64,000 nt of DNA from an uncultured Methanomicrobiaceae archaeon (lineage in GTDB: Archaea > Halobacteriota > Methanomicrobia > Methanomicrobiales > Methanoculleaceae). The notes below the pieces were generated by a model. The model did not search any database, was not told the origin of the DNA, and saw nothing but the letters and a program-made list of their open reading frames with translations. Below, piece after piece: positions 46,332-58,454 of this stretch. Position numbers and translations under genes: made by a program. The stretch is taken from the NCBI GenBank assembly GCA_963826525.1, contig CAWGXH010000004.1:1504001-1568000 (forward strand), given 5' to 3'. Numbering within the stretch: position 1 is the first letter of the stretch; every line of letters starts with the position of its first letter.

Positions 46332-48402
46332 TCAGATATGCAGGATTCCGGCGAGCACGAGGTCAATCGCTTTGATGCCGAGAAACGGGGCGACGAGGCC
46401 GCCGATACCGAAGAGGATCAGATTGTAGGCGAAGAGCCTTGATGCCGGCATCGGTTTGAACTTCACGCCCGCGAGCGCGATCGGGATCAGGAGCGGGATG
46501 ATCAGAGCATTGAAGATGACCGCGGAGAGGATGGCGGACTGTGGGGTCGCGAGGTCCATGACGTTCAGCACCACGAGCTCTGGGTAGATCCCGACCAGGG
46601 CGGCCGGTATGATGGCGAAATACTTGGCGATATCGTTCGCGATGGAGAACGTGGTGAGGGCCCCGCGGGTCATCAGGATCTGTTTGCCGATTTCGACGAT
46701 ATCCAGCAGTTTTGTGGGATTGCTGTCCAGATCGATGATGTTGGCCGCCTCCCGCGCCGGCTGCGTCCCGTTGTTCATGGCCACCGCCACGTCGGCCTGG
46801 GCGAGGGCAGGTGCATCGTTGGTCCCATCGCCCGTCATGGCTACCATGGAGCCCTCGTCCTGAGTTTCGCGGATCATCCGCAGTTTATCGTCCGGCTTCG
46901 CTTCGGCAAGGTAATCGTCCACGCCCGCTTCGGCCGCGATCGCAGCCGCGGTGAGCGGGTTGTCGCCCGTGATCATGACCGTCCGGATTCCTATCCGGCG
47001 AAGGTCGGCGAACCGTTCCCTGATGCCGGTCTTCAGGATGTCCTTGAGGAAGATCACGCCGAGGATCGTCTCGTTCCTGGCCACCACCAGGGGGGTGCCT
47101 CCTGCCGACGCGATCCCGTTTACTTTTGCCATAAGATCGGGAGGAATGGGCTCTCCACGCTCCTCGACCATCTTCGTAATCGCGTCGGTGGCTCCTTTCA
47201 GGTATAAAGTCCCCCTGCACTCGGCGCCGCTTACCCGGGTGGCGGCCGAGAACGGAATGAACGTGGTCTCCCCGGGGCAAGCAGGAATGGTACCGGTCTT
47301 CTCCCTGACAAGGGCAAGGATGCTCCGGCCCTCCGGGGTCTCGTCGGCATAGGAGGAGAGAAGGGAAGCCTGCATCAACGCATCGCGGGACTGCCCCTCC
47401 ACCGGGATGAATTCTGCCGCCTGTCGGTTTCCGAGGGTGATCGTCCCGGTCTTGTCGAGGAGCAGGACATTGACGTCGCCCGCCGCCTCGATCGCACGGC
47501 CTGATAGTGCGATGATGTTCCGCTGGAAGAGGCGGTCCATGCCGGCGATCCCGATCGCCGGGAGAAGGGCGGCGATGGTCGTGGGAGCCAGGCAGACGAA
47601 GAGTGCGACCAGTACCGTGAGGGTGGCGGGGGCGCCCGAACCGGTGAACGAAGCGCTGTAGGCAGATACCGGGTAGAGGTTGCCGACAACCGCCAGGAAG
47701 ACGGCGGTCAATGCCAGCAGCAGGATCTCGAGTGCAACCTCGTTGGGTGTCTTGCGCCGTTCGGCACCCTCGACCATGGCGATCATGCGGTCGAGGAAGG
47801 TCTCCCCGGGCTTTGTGGTGACCCGGACGATGATCTCGTTCGCGAGCACCGTAGTGCCCCCCGTCACGCCGCTACGGTCTCCCCCAGCCTCGCGCACCAC
47901 CGGTGCGGACTCTCCGGTGATAGCGGCTTCGTTGACCAGAGCGGCTCCCTTCACCACCTCCCCATCCCCGGGGATGATCTCGTTCGCCCTCACGAGGACG
48001 AGGTCGTCCGCGCCGGAGGTCGGCGGAAGAGACCTCTTCGATCGGCGCATCGAATGCCTCTTTCGCGAGGCGGTGCGCGGGCACACTGGTGCGGGACTGC
48101 CGGAGCGACGCCGCCCGTGCCTTCCCCCGCCCTTCGGAGAGAGACTCGGCGAAGTTGGCGAAGAGCACCGTCAGCCAGAGCCAGAGAGAGACGAGCCCGG
48201 TGAATATCGTCTCTTCGGGGACTGCAGCGGCGAGGCCGGCGAAGAAGCTCGCCGTCGTAACGATCCCGCCGATCTCCACCGCCAGCATGACCGGGTTGTC
48301 TACCTGTTTGCGGAGGTCCAGTTTGCGCACGGTGCCGATGAGCGCTTCGCGGATGAGCTCGGGTTCGAGAGCGCCGAACCGGGGATACCGTTTCCGGGTC
48401 AT
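46332..48402 (-). CDS. kdpB: K+-transporting P-type ATPase subunit B; frameshift at ~48010
   Basis: [24 protein letters not shown] and GDGTND motifs. Confidence 0.95.
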
Positions 48403-48406
48403 CGGG

Positions 48407-50114
48407 CTACCCTCCTCCGAACAGGAGCAGGTGATCGGCAATCGGCCCCATGGCGAAGAGCGGGAAGAAGGTGAGCGCCCCGACGATCAGGATCACGAGG
48501 ATCGTCCAGACGGTGAACGTCCCGGAGGCGGTTGGCAGCGTTCCGGGTCCCGGTGGAGCGGCCTTCTTTTCGGCCATCGATCCGGCTAGGGCAAGCATTG
48601 CGACCGCCGGAACGAACCGCCCGATGGCCATCGCCGCGGCGCCGGCGAGTGCGTAGAAGATATCGGATGCGTCGAACCCGGCAAATGCACTCCCGTTGTT
48701 GTTGGACATGGAGGCAAAGGTGTAGATGAGTTCGGAGAGGCCGTGCGGGCCCGGGTTGTGCATCGCTGCGGTCACGCCCGGCAGGAGCAGGGCGACTCCC
48801 GTGAGGACGAGGACGAGCACGCCCGGCACCAGGACCGTGAGAACGGCCATGCGCATCTCCCGAACCTCGATCTTCTTGCCGAGGGTACTCGGGAGTCCTC
48901 CCGATCATCAGGCCGGCGATGAAGACGGCGACCACGATAAAGCCGATGAACGTATAGAATCCCGATCCTACCCCGCCGAAGGCGACCTCGCCGAGCAGGA
49001 TCAGGAACATCGGTATCATGCCGGCGATCGGCATGAAGGAGTCGAACAGGGCGTTGACCGCTCCGCAGGACGTCGCGGTGGTGGAGGCGGCGAAGAGGGC
49101 GGTGCCGCCGAGTCCGAACCGCACCTCTTTGCCTTCCATGGAGATTCCGGTCACGCCGTACTGCCCCATGAGCGGGTTGCCGCCCAATTCTGCGGTATAG
49201 AGCACACCGAGGGCGGAGAGGTATATCACCAGCATAACGGCGTAGATCGCCCATCCCTGCCGCATCGACCCGGCCATCCGCCCGAAGACGAAGGGTAGGG
49301 CGGTCGGGATCAGCAGGATCAGAAAGATCTCCACGAGGTTGGTGAACGGTGTCGGGTTCTCGTAGGGATGGGCGGAGTTGGCGTTGAAGAATCCGCCCCC
49401 GTTCGTGCCGAACTCCTTGATGGCCTCTTGAGAGGCGACGGGCCCCATGGCGATCGTCTGCGGTCCGGCAGGGCCGTACCCCACGGCGTGCACGTAGGGG
49501 TCGAAGTTCTGGACGACTCCCTGCGAGACGAGCAGGAGGGCGATGATAAATGCAACCGGGAGGAGGATGTAGAGGACGCACCGCGTCATGTCCACCCAGA
49601 AGTTGCCGATCCGGTCGGTCGACCGGCGGGTGATCCCCCGCATCACCGCGACGGCGATGCAGATGCCGGTGGCGGCAGAGAGGAAGTTCTGAACCGCGAA
49701 ACCTGCCATCTGGGTCAGGTAACTCGCGGAGACCTCTCCCGCATAGATCTGGTAATTGGTGTTGGTGACGAAACTGACCGCTGCGTGGATTGCCGTGCGA
49801 AGGTCGAATGCGCTGAAGCCTTCCGGGTTCAGCGGCAGGTAACCCTGCAACAGGAGGAGCGAGAAGAGAACAAAGAAACCGATGCCGTTGAAGATGAGCA
49901 TGTCCCATACGTACCCCTTCCACCCTTCCTCCGTATCTGCCGATGTGCCGATGAAATGATAGAGCCGGGTCTCAATCATTCCGAGGAAGCCGCGGGAGTA
50001 GCCCCCGGAGAAGACATGGGTCATGAACCTGCTGAAGAACACTCCCGCGACGGTTACGGCTGCGAGGAACCCGAGGAAGAGGAAACCGTCGAGAAGCGGT
50101 TCTGGTTGTGCCAT
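48407..50114 (-). CDS. kdpA: K+-transporting ATPase subunit A; frameshift at ~48885
   Basis: [29 protein letters not shown] and NNGSAFAG. Confidence 0.95.
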
Positions 50115-50423
50115 AGCGGATCATCTGGTTTGTATAAACTGGGAAAGATAATTCCTATCATTATAAAATTAACGTCCCTGCGGAGTAGTCTTTACCATGC
50201 TATACGGGTCCGTCGTCCCGGGCGAGGGGGGAAGCATGGTGGAATACCAAACGGACGCCGGTGGCGATCGGGGAGGTAGTGCAGCAATCCGCACGCCGTC
50301 ATAGCAGCCTCCTTCGATCTCTTCGGCAGATATCTCGTCGTCCGCCTTTTCTTCTCGTACAGGGCGTCGGGGGCGCCCGGGGGTATATCAGATTTATATC
50401 GGAGAGGGTGCCACGCTGTATAC

Positions 50424-51896
50424 ATGAAGCGCATCGAACACCTGGCGTCCATCGCCGGTGACATCGGCGCGATATTCCGGTGGCTCGGCATCCTCGCCCT
50501 TGCACCCTTCATCGTTATCGTCATCTTCGGGGAATGGCAGATGATCATCCCCATGGCTCCGGTACCGATACTCTTTTTCATTCTCGGTTATCTGCTGCAG
50601 AGGATCCGTCCGAACGAACGTCACCCAAAGTTCAGTGTCGCACTGGTCGGCGTGGCGCTCACCTGGCTCCTTGCAGCGCTCATCGGGGCGATTCCGTTTC
50701 TGCTCGGTGCACAGATGTCCATTACGGACAGCATTTTCGAGTCAATGTCGGGATGGACAACCAGCGGTTTTTCCGTTGTTCCGGTCATCGACAACCTTCC
50801 CCAGACACTTATCTTCTGGCGCTCGTATACCCAGTGGATAGGGGGAATCGGCATCATTGCATTCGGAGTCGCGATGTACAACCGGTCTGCCATTGCACTC
50901 TCGCGCCTCTACCATTCGGAAGGCAGACCAGAGGAGTTTATGCCCAGCGTGACCGGCACCGCACGGCGCGTATGGATCGTCTATCTGGCACTCACGGTCG
51001 CATTCACCGTCTTGATCCTGTTCTCCGGGATTCCGCTCTGGGATTCTCTCAATCTTGTGATGGTTGCGATATCGACCGGTGGGTTCTCCAACCACGACGG
51101 CGGAGTGCTTTTCTACCAGAATCCAATGCTGGAGGGAATGCTCATACCGGTCATGATCGCCGGCTCTCTGCCGATTCAGGTCAGCATCCTGCTTTATTAC
51201 GGTAAATTCCAGCCGTTCATCAGGAGCCGGATCCTCCACTTCATCACGGCCGCAACTCTGACGGTTTCCGCCCTCGTCGTCTTCAACCTGCAGTGGAACA
51301 ACGGGATGCCGCTATTACAGGCGATCCGTGAAGGAGTCTTCTGCGTCGTCTCGGGCTTTACCACCACCGGATTCCAGAACTCCGATATACTCCTCTGGAC
51401 ACCGGTCGCAGTCGTCCTGCTCACGATCCTGATGTTCGTCGGAACGTCGCTCGGGAGCACCGGCGGCGGCATCAAGGTAAACCGGGTGCTCCTCACCTAC
51501 AGCGCACTGGTCTGGTGGTTCAAGCGGCTCTTCGTCAGCAGGAACGTAAAAATTCCATTCCGCTACGAAGGGGTGACGTATCCGGAATCGATCTCGGAGG
51601 TCGAGATCGCAAAGAACATGCTGATCATCTTTCTGTACTTCTCCACCTTCGTCGCGGCGACGGTATTTGCACTCCAGGTCACGGCGACAACCTTTACCGT
51701 CTACGAAGTTCTCTTCGAGGTAGTGTCGGCGCTCAGCAATGTCGGCTTGAGTGTCGGGTACCTGACGCCGGGCTCGCCGTTGCCCATCAAGTGGCTTTTC
51801 ATCTTCCTGATGTGGATCGGGAGATTGGAGTTTGTAGCAGTGATTGCGCTGTTCATCGGCCTCGTGAAGGGGTTCGATGCCTTCGAGGTGAAGTGA
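50424..51896 (+). CDS. trkH: TrkH family potassium uptake protein
   Basis: FESMSGWTTSG, STGGF, TTTGF, GSTGGGIK, SNVG and GRLE. Confidence 0.93.
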   Translation: MKRIEHLASIAGDIGAIFRWLGILALAPFIVIVIFGEWQMIIPMAPVPILFFILGYLLQRIRPNERHPKFSVALVGVALTWLLAALIGAIPFLLGAQMSITDSIFESMSGWTTSGFSVVPVIDNLPQTLIFWRSYTQWIGGIGIIAFGVAMYNRSAIALSRLYHSEGRPEEFMPSVTGTARRVWIVYLALTVAFTVLILFSGIPLWDSLNLVMVAISTGGFSNHDGGVLFYQNPMLEGMLIPVMIAGSLPIQVSILLYYGKFQPFIRSRILHFITAATLTVSALVVFNLQWNNGMPLLQAIREGVFCVVSGFTTTGFQNSDILLWTPVAVVLLTILMFVGTSLGSTGGGIKVNRVLLTYSALVWWFKRLFVSRNVKIPFRYEGVTYPESISEVEIAKNMLIIFLYFSTFVAATVFALQVTATTFTVYEVLFEVVSALSNVGLSVGYLTPGSPLPIKWLFIFLMWIGRLEFVAVIALFIGLVKGFDAFEVK

Positions 51897-52192
51897 CGGC
51901 GTCGATACCCCCAGGTCTCCTTTTCGTGCTCGGCAGGTACCGCAACAAAACAACCGAGCAGGAGAACTTTCATTCTTGCGCGCGGCTCATCTTCCGATCT
52001 CAATCTCTCGCCGCTCCGGGAACGGCGTGCGGATTTTGCGAACTACGCATGCCGGTTACTGTGCGGGAGGCGAAACGGTTCCTCAACGAATATTTCGTTC
52101 CGGCGTCAACTGTCGGTATCCTGCCGCTCTGCGAGAGTTTATTTCCAAAATCGATCACTATAACAACCAGTGTCGAAAAATATTGAGCAAAT

Positions 52193-53664
52193 ATGAGCCG
52201 GTTCTCGGAGATCGCGGCTATCGCCCCGGATCTCGGTCGGATCTTCCTGTTCATGGGCGTGGTATCCTGCCTCCCCCTGCTCGTCGGCCTCATGTACGCC
52301 GAGTACGAGATCCTGCTCGCGATGGCGTCGGCTCCGGCGGTCTTTGTCCTGCCGGCCTGATCCTCGTCCGGGTTCCGGGAGACGAACGGGAGCCGCCGCT
52401 CTCGATCGCTCTCGGCTCGGTCGCCCTGATCTGGCTCGTCGCCTCGCTCATCGGTGCTCTGCCGTTCACCCTCGGGATCGGGATGCCGTATACCGACGCC
52501 GTCTTCGAGGCGATGTCCGGCTGGACGTCGACGGGCCTGACCCTGATCCCCGACGTCGATGCCGTGCCGATGACCTTGCTCTTCTGGCGGTCGCTCACCC
52601 AGTGGATGGGCGGGATCGGGATCGTGGCGTTCACCGTGGCGCTCGCGTCCCGGTCGAGCCTGACGAGTTTCCGGCTCTACCGTTCGGAAGGCCGGAGCGA
52701 GACGCTGATGCCGAGCGTGGTCGCGACGGCCGTGCAGATGTGGCGGATCTACCTCCTCCTCACCCTGGCCGGGGTCGGCCTCGTCCTCCTCTCCGGCGTT
52801 CCGCTCTGGGATGCGGTGAATATCAGCATGACCGCTATCGCGACGGGCGGGTTCTCGGTGCATACCGCGGGGATCATGTACTACGATAACGCCCTTCTCG
52901 AAGCGCTGATCATCCCGATCATGATCGCCGGCGCCCTGCCGTTCAAGATCTACTACCTGATGTACTTCCGCCACCATCTCGGCGTCTTCGGCGACCGCCA
53001 GGCATACCTGCTCTTCGGCCTGATCGGGATCGTCTCGGCGATCGTCGCCTTCGATCTCGTCTATCTCTCTGCCGTCGAACCTGTGATCGCAATCCGGCAG
53101 GCCGTCTTCATGGTCGCGAGCGCCATCACCTGCACGGGGTTTAACAACGCCCTCGTCATCGAATGGTCGAGCGTGACGGTGCTCTTCCTCTCCTTCTTCA
53201 TGCTGATCGGCGGCTCGTCGGGGAGCACCGCCGGCGGGATAAAACTCTCCCGGATCATCCTCGGGGCGGAGAGCCTGGTCTGGTGGTTCCAGCGGCTCTT
53301 CCGGAGCAGCCGGGCGGTCATCCCGTTCCGGCACGAGGGGAGACCCATCGAACGGAATATCGCCGAGTACGAGGTCTCGAAGAACATGCTGATCGTCATC
53401 CTCTTCTTCGTCATCGTCTTCTCCGCGACATTGCTGACGATGCACCTCGAAGGCTATGCCGGGTTCGAGTCGAGCGACGTCCTCTTCGACGTGATCTCGG
53501 CGATGTCGAACGTCGGGCTCTCCACCGGGTTCGTCACCCCGGATATGAGCACGGCGTCGAAGTGGCTCTTCGTCGCGATCATGTGGGCAGGCAGGCTTGA
53601 GGTTATTCCGGTGATCGCCCTTGCAATGGGACTGCTGCGGCAGGTGAGTCTGAAGCGGGGGTGA
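52193..53664 (+). CDS. trkH: TrkH family potassium uptake protein (second paralog); frameshift at ~52350
   Basis: FEAMSGWTSTG, ATGGF, GSTAGGIK, SNVG and GRLE. Confidence 0.9.
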
Positions 53665-53921
53665 CGTCGTGCGATTATTCTATCCGCCCCCCCTGGATGC
53701 AAAAACGGTCTCTCTCAACGGTCTTCCGGAGCCACCGGCACTTCGCGGTAAGATCACGCCCTTTTGTATGGGGTTCCGGTATCCGGGGCAGGCCACCGTC
53801 TTTTCCCTCGTCCCTCCTTGAGGAGAGGACGCTCAATCAATGATGGAGCGATTCAGGGAGAAGAAATGCGCCGCCGCAACGAGTGTCCCCCACCGGCCGG
53901 TGAGAGGGAGAAAGGCCCCGG

Positions 53922-54848
53922 CTATGCCTCCGCCCCGCACTCCACCCGGCATTGTGCCGATCGGTAAAAAAAGTAACCGACGATGACAAAAGTGACAACG
54001 GGCGATAGCCACGCCGGGATATGGACGCCGAAACTGTCCAGGATCATGATCGTCCCGAGCACGAGGATCGAGTACATCGCCCCGTTCTTGAGGTACTGGT
54101 AGCACTTGATCCGCTCGATATTCCGGATGGTGAGTTCCCGCACGACGAAGGCTCCGATACCGTTTCCGATCAGGATCAGCGGCACGGCAAGCGTGAATGC
54201 AAATGCCCCGATGACACCATCGATCGAGAAGGTCGCATCGATCACCTCGAGGTAGAAGATCTTGGAGATATCCGACATCCTCTGATCTTTGAGCCGGGCC
54301 TCCTGCACCTCCGCGTTCTGCCGGAAACCGTGGACGATGAAGAACGCCGTCGAACCGACGACCGCCCCGAACCCCATCAGCGGGCTCACCTGCAGGCCGA
54401 ACCAGACGATACCGCAGAGCAGGATCGAGACGACCGCAAAGAACCAGACGCTCTTCCGGGCGAAGAACCGCTCTCCCGGAAGGCCGAAGTTCTTCTCCTC
54501 GACAAAGAGCCAGTGGAAGAAGAGAAAGACGAGGAACGTGCCGCCGCCGATCAGGAGGATCGGTGAGGAGGCCTCGATCGCCTCGACCACGGCGGGGTCG
54601 CTCGAGAATGTTGCAAAGAGCGCTCCGACAGGGCCGAGAGACGGGGTGGCCACCCAGACAATCAGCCAGGGGAGGAGACCGCGTATCACAAACACCGCAA
54701 GCAGCAGTCCCCATATGAGAAACCACCTGCGGGCCTTCTCCTGCATCGTCGCGAGCACCTCGGCATTGATGATGGCGTTGTCGATGCTCGATATGATCTC
54801 AAAGAGGCAGAGTCCCGCCACGACCAGGATGAGAGAGAACAGGTCCAT
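53922..54848 (-). CDS. DUF475/TerC-like membrane protein
   Basis: EIISSIDNAIINA, YLEVIDATFSIDGVIGAFA and YLKNGAMYSI. Confidence 0.85.
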   Translation of the reverse strand: MDLFSLILVVAGLCLFEIISSIDNAIINAEVLATMQEKARRWFLIWGLLLAVFVIRGLLPWLIVWVATPSLGPVGALFATFSSDPAVVEAIEASSPILLIGGGTFLVFLFFHWLFVEEKNFGLPGERFFARKSVWFFAVVSILLCGIVWFGLQVSPLMGFGAVVGSTAFFIVHGFRQNAEVQEARLKDQRMSDISKIFYLEVIDATFSIDGVIGAFAFTLAVPLILIGNGIGAFVVRELTIRNIERIKCYQYLKNGAMYSILVLGTIMILDSFGVHIPAWLSPVVTFVIVGYFFYRSAQCRVECGAEA

Positions 54849-54978
54849 ACGTGTTGAGGAATGTCTGCCGGTGAATCCATATAAAACAATAGTTCCGCTC
54901 CGAAACTCCCGGTTCCATTCTTTCGTGCCTCGTTTTCATTTTCGAGACCCGGGAACGTAACCTTGTCCCCTTGCTCTG

Positions 54979-55468
54979 TCAGTCTCCAACGGTCTGCACT
55001 TCCGGTGCCGGCAGCGGGAGTTGTTGCTGCAGCAGGACCCGCTGCTCTTCCACGGAGAGCACCCGGTCGACCGCCATCGTCCGGAGGATCCCGTCCGTGC
55101 CGGTGGCGAGCAGCAGCACCGAGGTATTGCCCGTGCATGCCCGGTTCCGGCAGGCCATGGCGATGGTCCGCGCCGCCTGGCCACTCACAAAGTACCCGGG
55201 GATTGTACTCAATGACGACGAAGGCCTGCCGCGACCTCCGGACGGCGTAGGCCAGCGCCCCGGCATCGCCTGCACGCACTACCCGGACCCGCTCGCTCTG
55301 CTCCGGTTCGATGACGGGCAGCAGGTGCGGGACGTTGCGGCAGATGTAGAGGGCCGAGTCGCCGTGCTCCCGGAGCGCTCCCGCGAGTGCCGCCCGCAAG
55401 GTATTTCCCGGAGCGATGAGGAGCGTAACGGTCTTCTGCCGGGGGAGATCGGAGGGCATGACGGTCAT
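54979..55468 (-). CDS. Hypothetical protein divergent from cdc6; frameshifted
   Basis: Two overlapping ORFs with coding-like GC bias. Confidence 0.5.
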
Positions 55469-55648
55469 CACCGGAGTGTGGCAGTTTACAGCATATGAAT
55501 TGTCAACCGTGAGCGGTGCGAAAGTAATCGATCTGCGTGCCGCTCCGACGAAACCGAGCTTTTTGAGTCCTCTTTAAGAGTTTTTCGCGAGCGTGCCGAA
55601 TGTGAACAGCGTCCCCGTTTATCACCTCGTGCGGACGACGCTTGGATC

Positions 55649-56768
55649 ATGACGATAAGAGGCTACCTCGGGTGGGATCAGACGCTCTTCCGCGACCCCG
55701 ATGTCTTTGAGATCGATTACATCCCGGACCAGCTCCACCACCGCGACCGGCAGCTGCGGGAGCTCGCCTTCCATGTCCGCCCGGCACTCCGGGGCGGCCG
55801 GCCGCTGAACGCCGTCTGCAAGGGGTTGCCGGGCACCGGGAAGACGACGAGCGTGTTCAGAAGCTCTTCGCCGAGATCGAGCAGATTCCGCGGGAAGGTT
55901 GCTGCCGGTCTACGTGAACTGCCAGACCGACCGGACGAAGTACATGATCTACTCCCGGATCTACGCGAAGCTCTTCGGCCACGCCCCACCGCGGACAGGG
56001 CTTTCGATCCGGTCGGTGATGGACGCGATCGGCGATGCTCTGCAGAAACGAAAGGTCGGTCTGATCGTCTGCCTGGACGATGCGAACCTGTTGCACTACG
56101 ACGGGACGCTTGGCGATGTCTTAAACTCCCTGCTCCGGCTGCACCAGGACTATCCGGGTGTCCGGGCCGGCGTCTTTACAACCATCAGCGATGTCGATCT
56201 GGATCTTGTCCGGAACCTCGATCCCTGGGTGGTCTCGGTCTTCCGGCCGACGATGATCTACTTCCCGCCCTACGACGCCGACGAGATCAGGGGGATCCTT
56301 CGGGAGCGGACGCGGGCTGGACTCTACCCGAACGTGCTTTCACCGGATATGTTCGAGGTCATCATCGAGCAGACGATGGAGTCGGGCGACGTACGGGTAG
56401 GGCTCGACCTCGTGAAGCGGGCGGTCATGCACGCCGAGGCGGCATCCCGCACTGAGGTTGTCAAAGAGGACATCATGGCCGCCTACGAGCAGGCGAAGCA
56501 CGTGCATCTCGTCTGCACCGTCCGGGCGCTCTCGGCAGGCGAGCGGCTGCTGCTCAGGAGGATTGCGGAGCTCTCGCAGGAGCAGACCGAGCCGTTGGTC
56601 TCGAAGGAGATCTACGCGGCGGTGAAGGATACCGCGAATATCGGCTACACGGCGTTCTTCAAGCGGCTGCAAAAAGACCAATATCCCGCGATTGATCGGC
56701 ACTGTCTGGTTGTAGCCCGGCGGTCGGCCAAACGAGATTCGTGCTCCGGTGTGAGCATGGGAAGGTGA
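55649..56768 (+). pseudogene. cdc6: Second Orc1/Cdc6 paralog; frameshifted at ~55860-55890, wHTH truncated at ~56675
   Basis: LFRDPDVFEIDYIP, GLPGTGKT, VCLDDA and GDVRVGLDLV. Confidence 0.85.
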
Positions 56769-56842
56769 AAGGAGTTTTGGTGGACAGATATACAAGAATA
56801 AATATCAACAGAGTTTTATTTTGAATTGTTCACGGGTGAATC

Positions 56843-57802
56843 ATGGAAACGCGCTTGAAGTGGAGATTATATGAGACAGAACTGCAAATTTTGAGTGATG
56901 ACATCATCGACAGGCGCGAAACCTATAATGCGATAGGGAAACGATTGGAATTAATATTCGGCCCCACTGGGAAGATCCGTGGTGTCGATGCACGGCTCCT
57001 TGCATTTCTCGAATTTCTATACACGAAGTCTCAAGGCCCATATGCTCCGGACTTCCTAAAATATTCACAGATCATTAAAGTAATCATAAGGAGATCAAGG
57101 CCATTAAGAAATATGCTGAATGAATCTGGGGCACATGCGATAGGAAACATGGTTTTGAACGGGAGAGGGAATTTAAATTTTACAATTTCAGATTACAACG
57201 AACTTTCCTCCGTATTGGATTTCTGGGAGGATTGTGGCCTTCAGACACAAAACCCCCGTGCGATTTTCGATGCAATATTGATTAAAAAAGGGATTCGAAA
57301 CAGAATCGAAAGTAGGGATGGCGCTCTCCTCATCAGACTTTCGAATATTTTTCCGATGTTTGAGAGTGAAATTATATCGCCAGACCTGGATTTAAACCAA
57401 TTAAATAGGGGTTTACAAAACCCGTTTTCAGGCTATTTTGAGGATATTACTCAAAAGTATTTGTCACAAGGGAAAAGTATCAGTGACATTATCGAGATAC
57501 AAAATCAGCGTGCAGGGAAAACTCAGAATAGAAGAAACCAATATTTATCATTTTTAGTAAAAAAGCGCTGTAATTATCAATGTCAGATTTGTGCCACATG
57601 CGACCCTGTGAAAATCCCCTTCTCTATTCAGGTTCACCATATCACACCCTTATCAGAGAACGGTGACGACCACTCCCGCAACATGATCGTGGTATGTAAT
57701 TATCACCATCATGATATTCACAGTGGCAGGATACAGTTGGAAAAAGGGGAGGTTATTACGATTGAAAGGAATGGTAAAAAGTTTTTCACTAGCCCAAACT
57801 AA
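56843..57802 (+). CDS. HNH endonuclease, low GC
   Basis: CQIC...QVHHITPLSENGDDHSRNMIVVCNYHH. Confidence 0.85.
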   Translation: METRLKWRLYETELQILSDDIIDRRETYNAIGKRLELIFGPTGKIRGVDARLLAFLEFLYTKSQGPYAPDFLKYSQIIKVIIRRSRPLRNMLNESGAHAIGNMVLNGRGNLNFTISDYNELSSVLDFWEDCGLQTQNPRAIFDAILIKKGIRNRIESRDGALLIRLSNIFPMFESEIISPDLDLNQLNRGLQNPFSGYFEDITQKYLSQGKSISDIIEIQNQRAGKTQNRRNQYLSFLVKKRCNYQCQICATCDPVKIPFSIQVHHITPLSENGDDHSRNMIVVCNYHHHDIHSGRIQLEKGEVITIERNGKKFFTSPN

Positions 57803-58136
57803 TTGTCACTGGATGCGAGAAGAAGGGGATCAACCCTGTGAACATCTGCGCGAATCAATCTTGAGCCGCTCACCGTTGACCTTTTGGTTGGTCTCGCTCG
57901 TTATGACCCCGGTTTTCCATTTCAACCGGGATAAGCATTCTACCATTAGCCAAAGTCGACTGGGCCGGGTCGCAAAGACTCCATGGTGATACGCAGATTT
58001 CAACCGCCACCCCGCCGCCGGCGCTCCTGCTCCTCCTTCGTGACCGGCTCGTGGCCGACGATCTCGATATCATCAGGAGCCCAGGTGAACTTCTCGGTGT
58101 GGTCGACCGGCTGCTCCGGTCTCTTCCCTCTCTTGC

Positions 58137-58454
58137 TCATATGACCGCACCCTCCGGGACATCCTCCGCCTCCGGCAGCGGGAGGAGAGTGCTCTCGACC
58201 GTCCATCCGGGATAGAGCAGCGTGATCTCCCGGGCTGCGTGGTCGATCCAGTAGAGGTCGTTCTCATCGCTCATCCGGTCCGTCAGCCAGGACCACGGGC
58301 CGGGCTTGACTCTGTCCAGGAGCGCCTGGTATATCTGACCCGGACTGCCGCGAACGGCGTAGTCGATCCGGTCAGGGGCGTGGGGGTCGTCGCCCTCTCC
58401 CCGGACGATGATCGCATCTCCCTCACGCTCTAGGGTTATCGTCCAGTGCGCCAT
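58137..58454 (-). CDS. Hypothetical protein, followed by a small ORF 58000-58140
   Basis: Coding-like GC bias; ATGA overlap with the next ORF. Confidence 0.5.
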   Translation of the reverse strand: MAHWTITLEREGDAIIVRGEGDDPHAPDRIDYAVRGSPGQIYQALLDRVKPGPWSWLTDRMSDENDLYWIDHAAREITLLYPGWTVESTLLPLPEAEDVPEGAVI

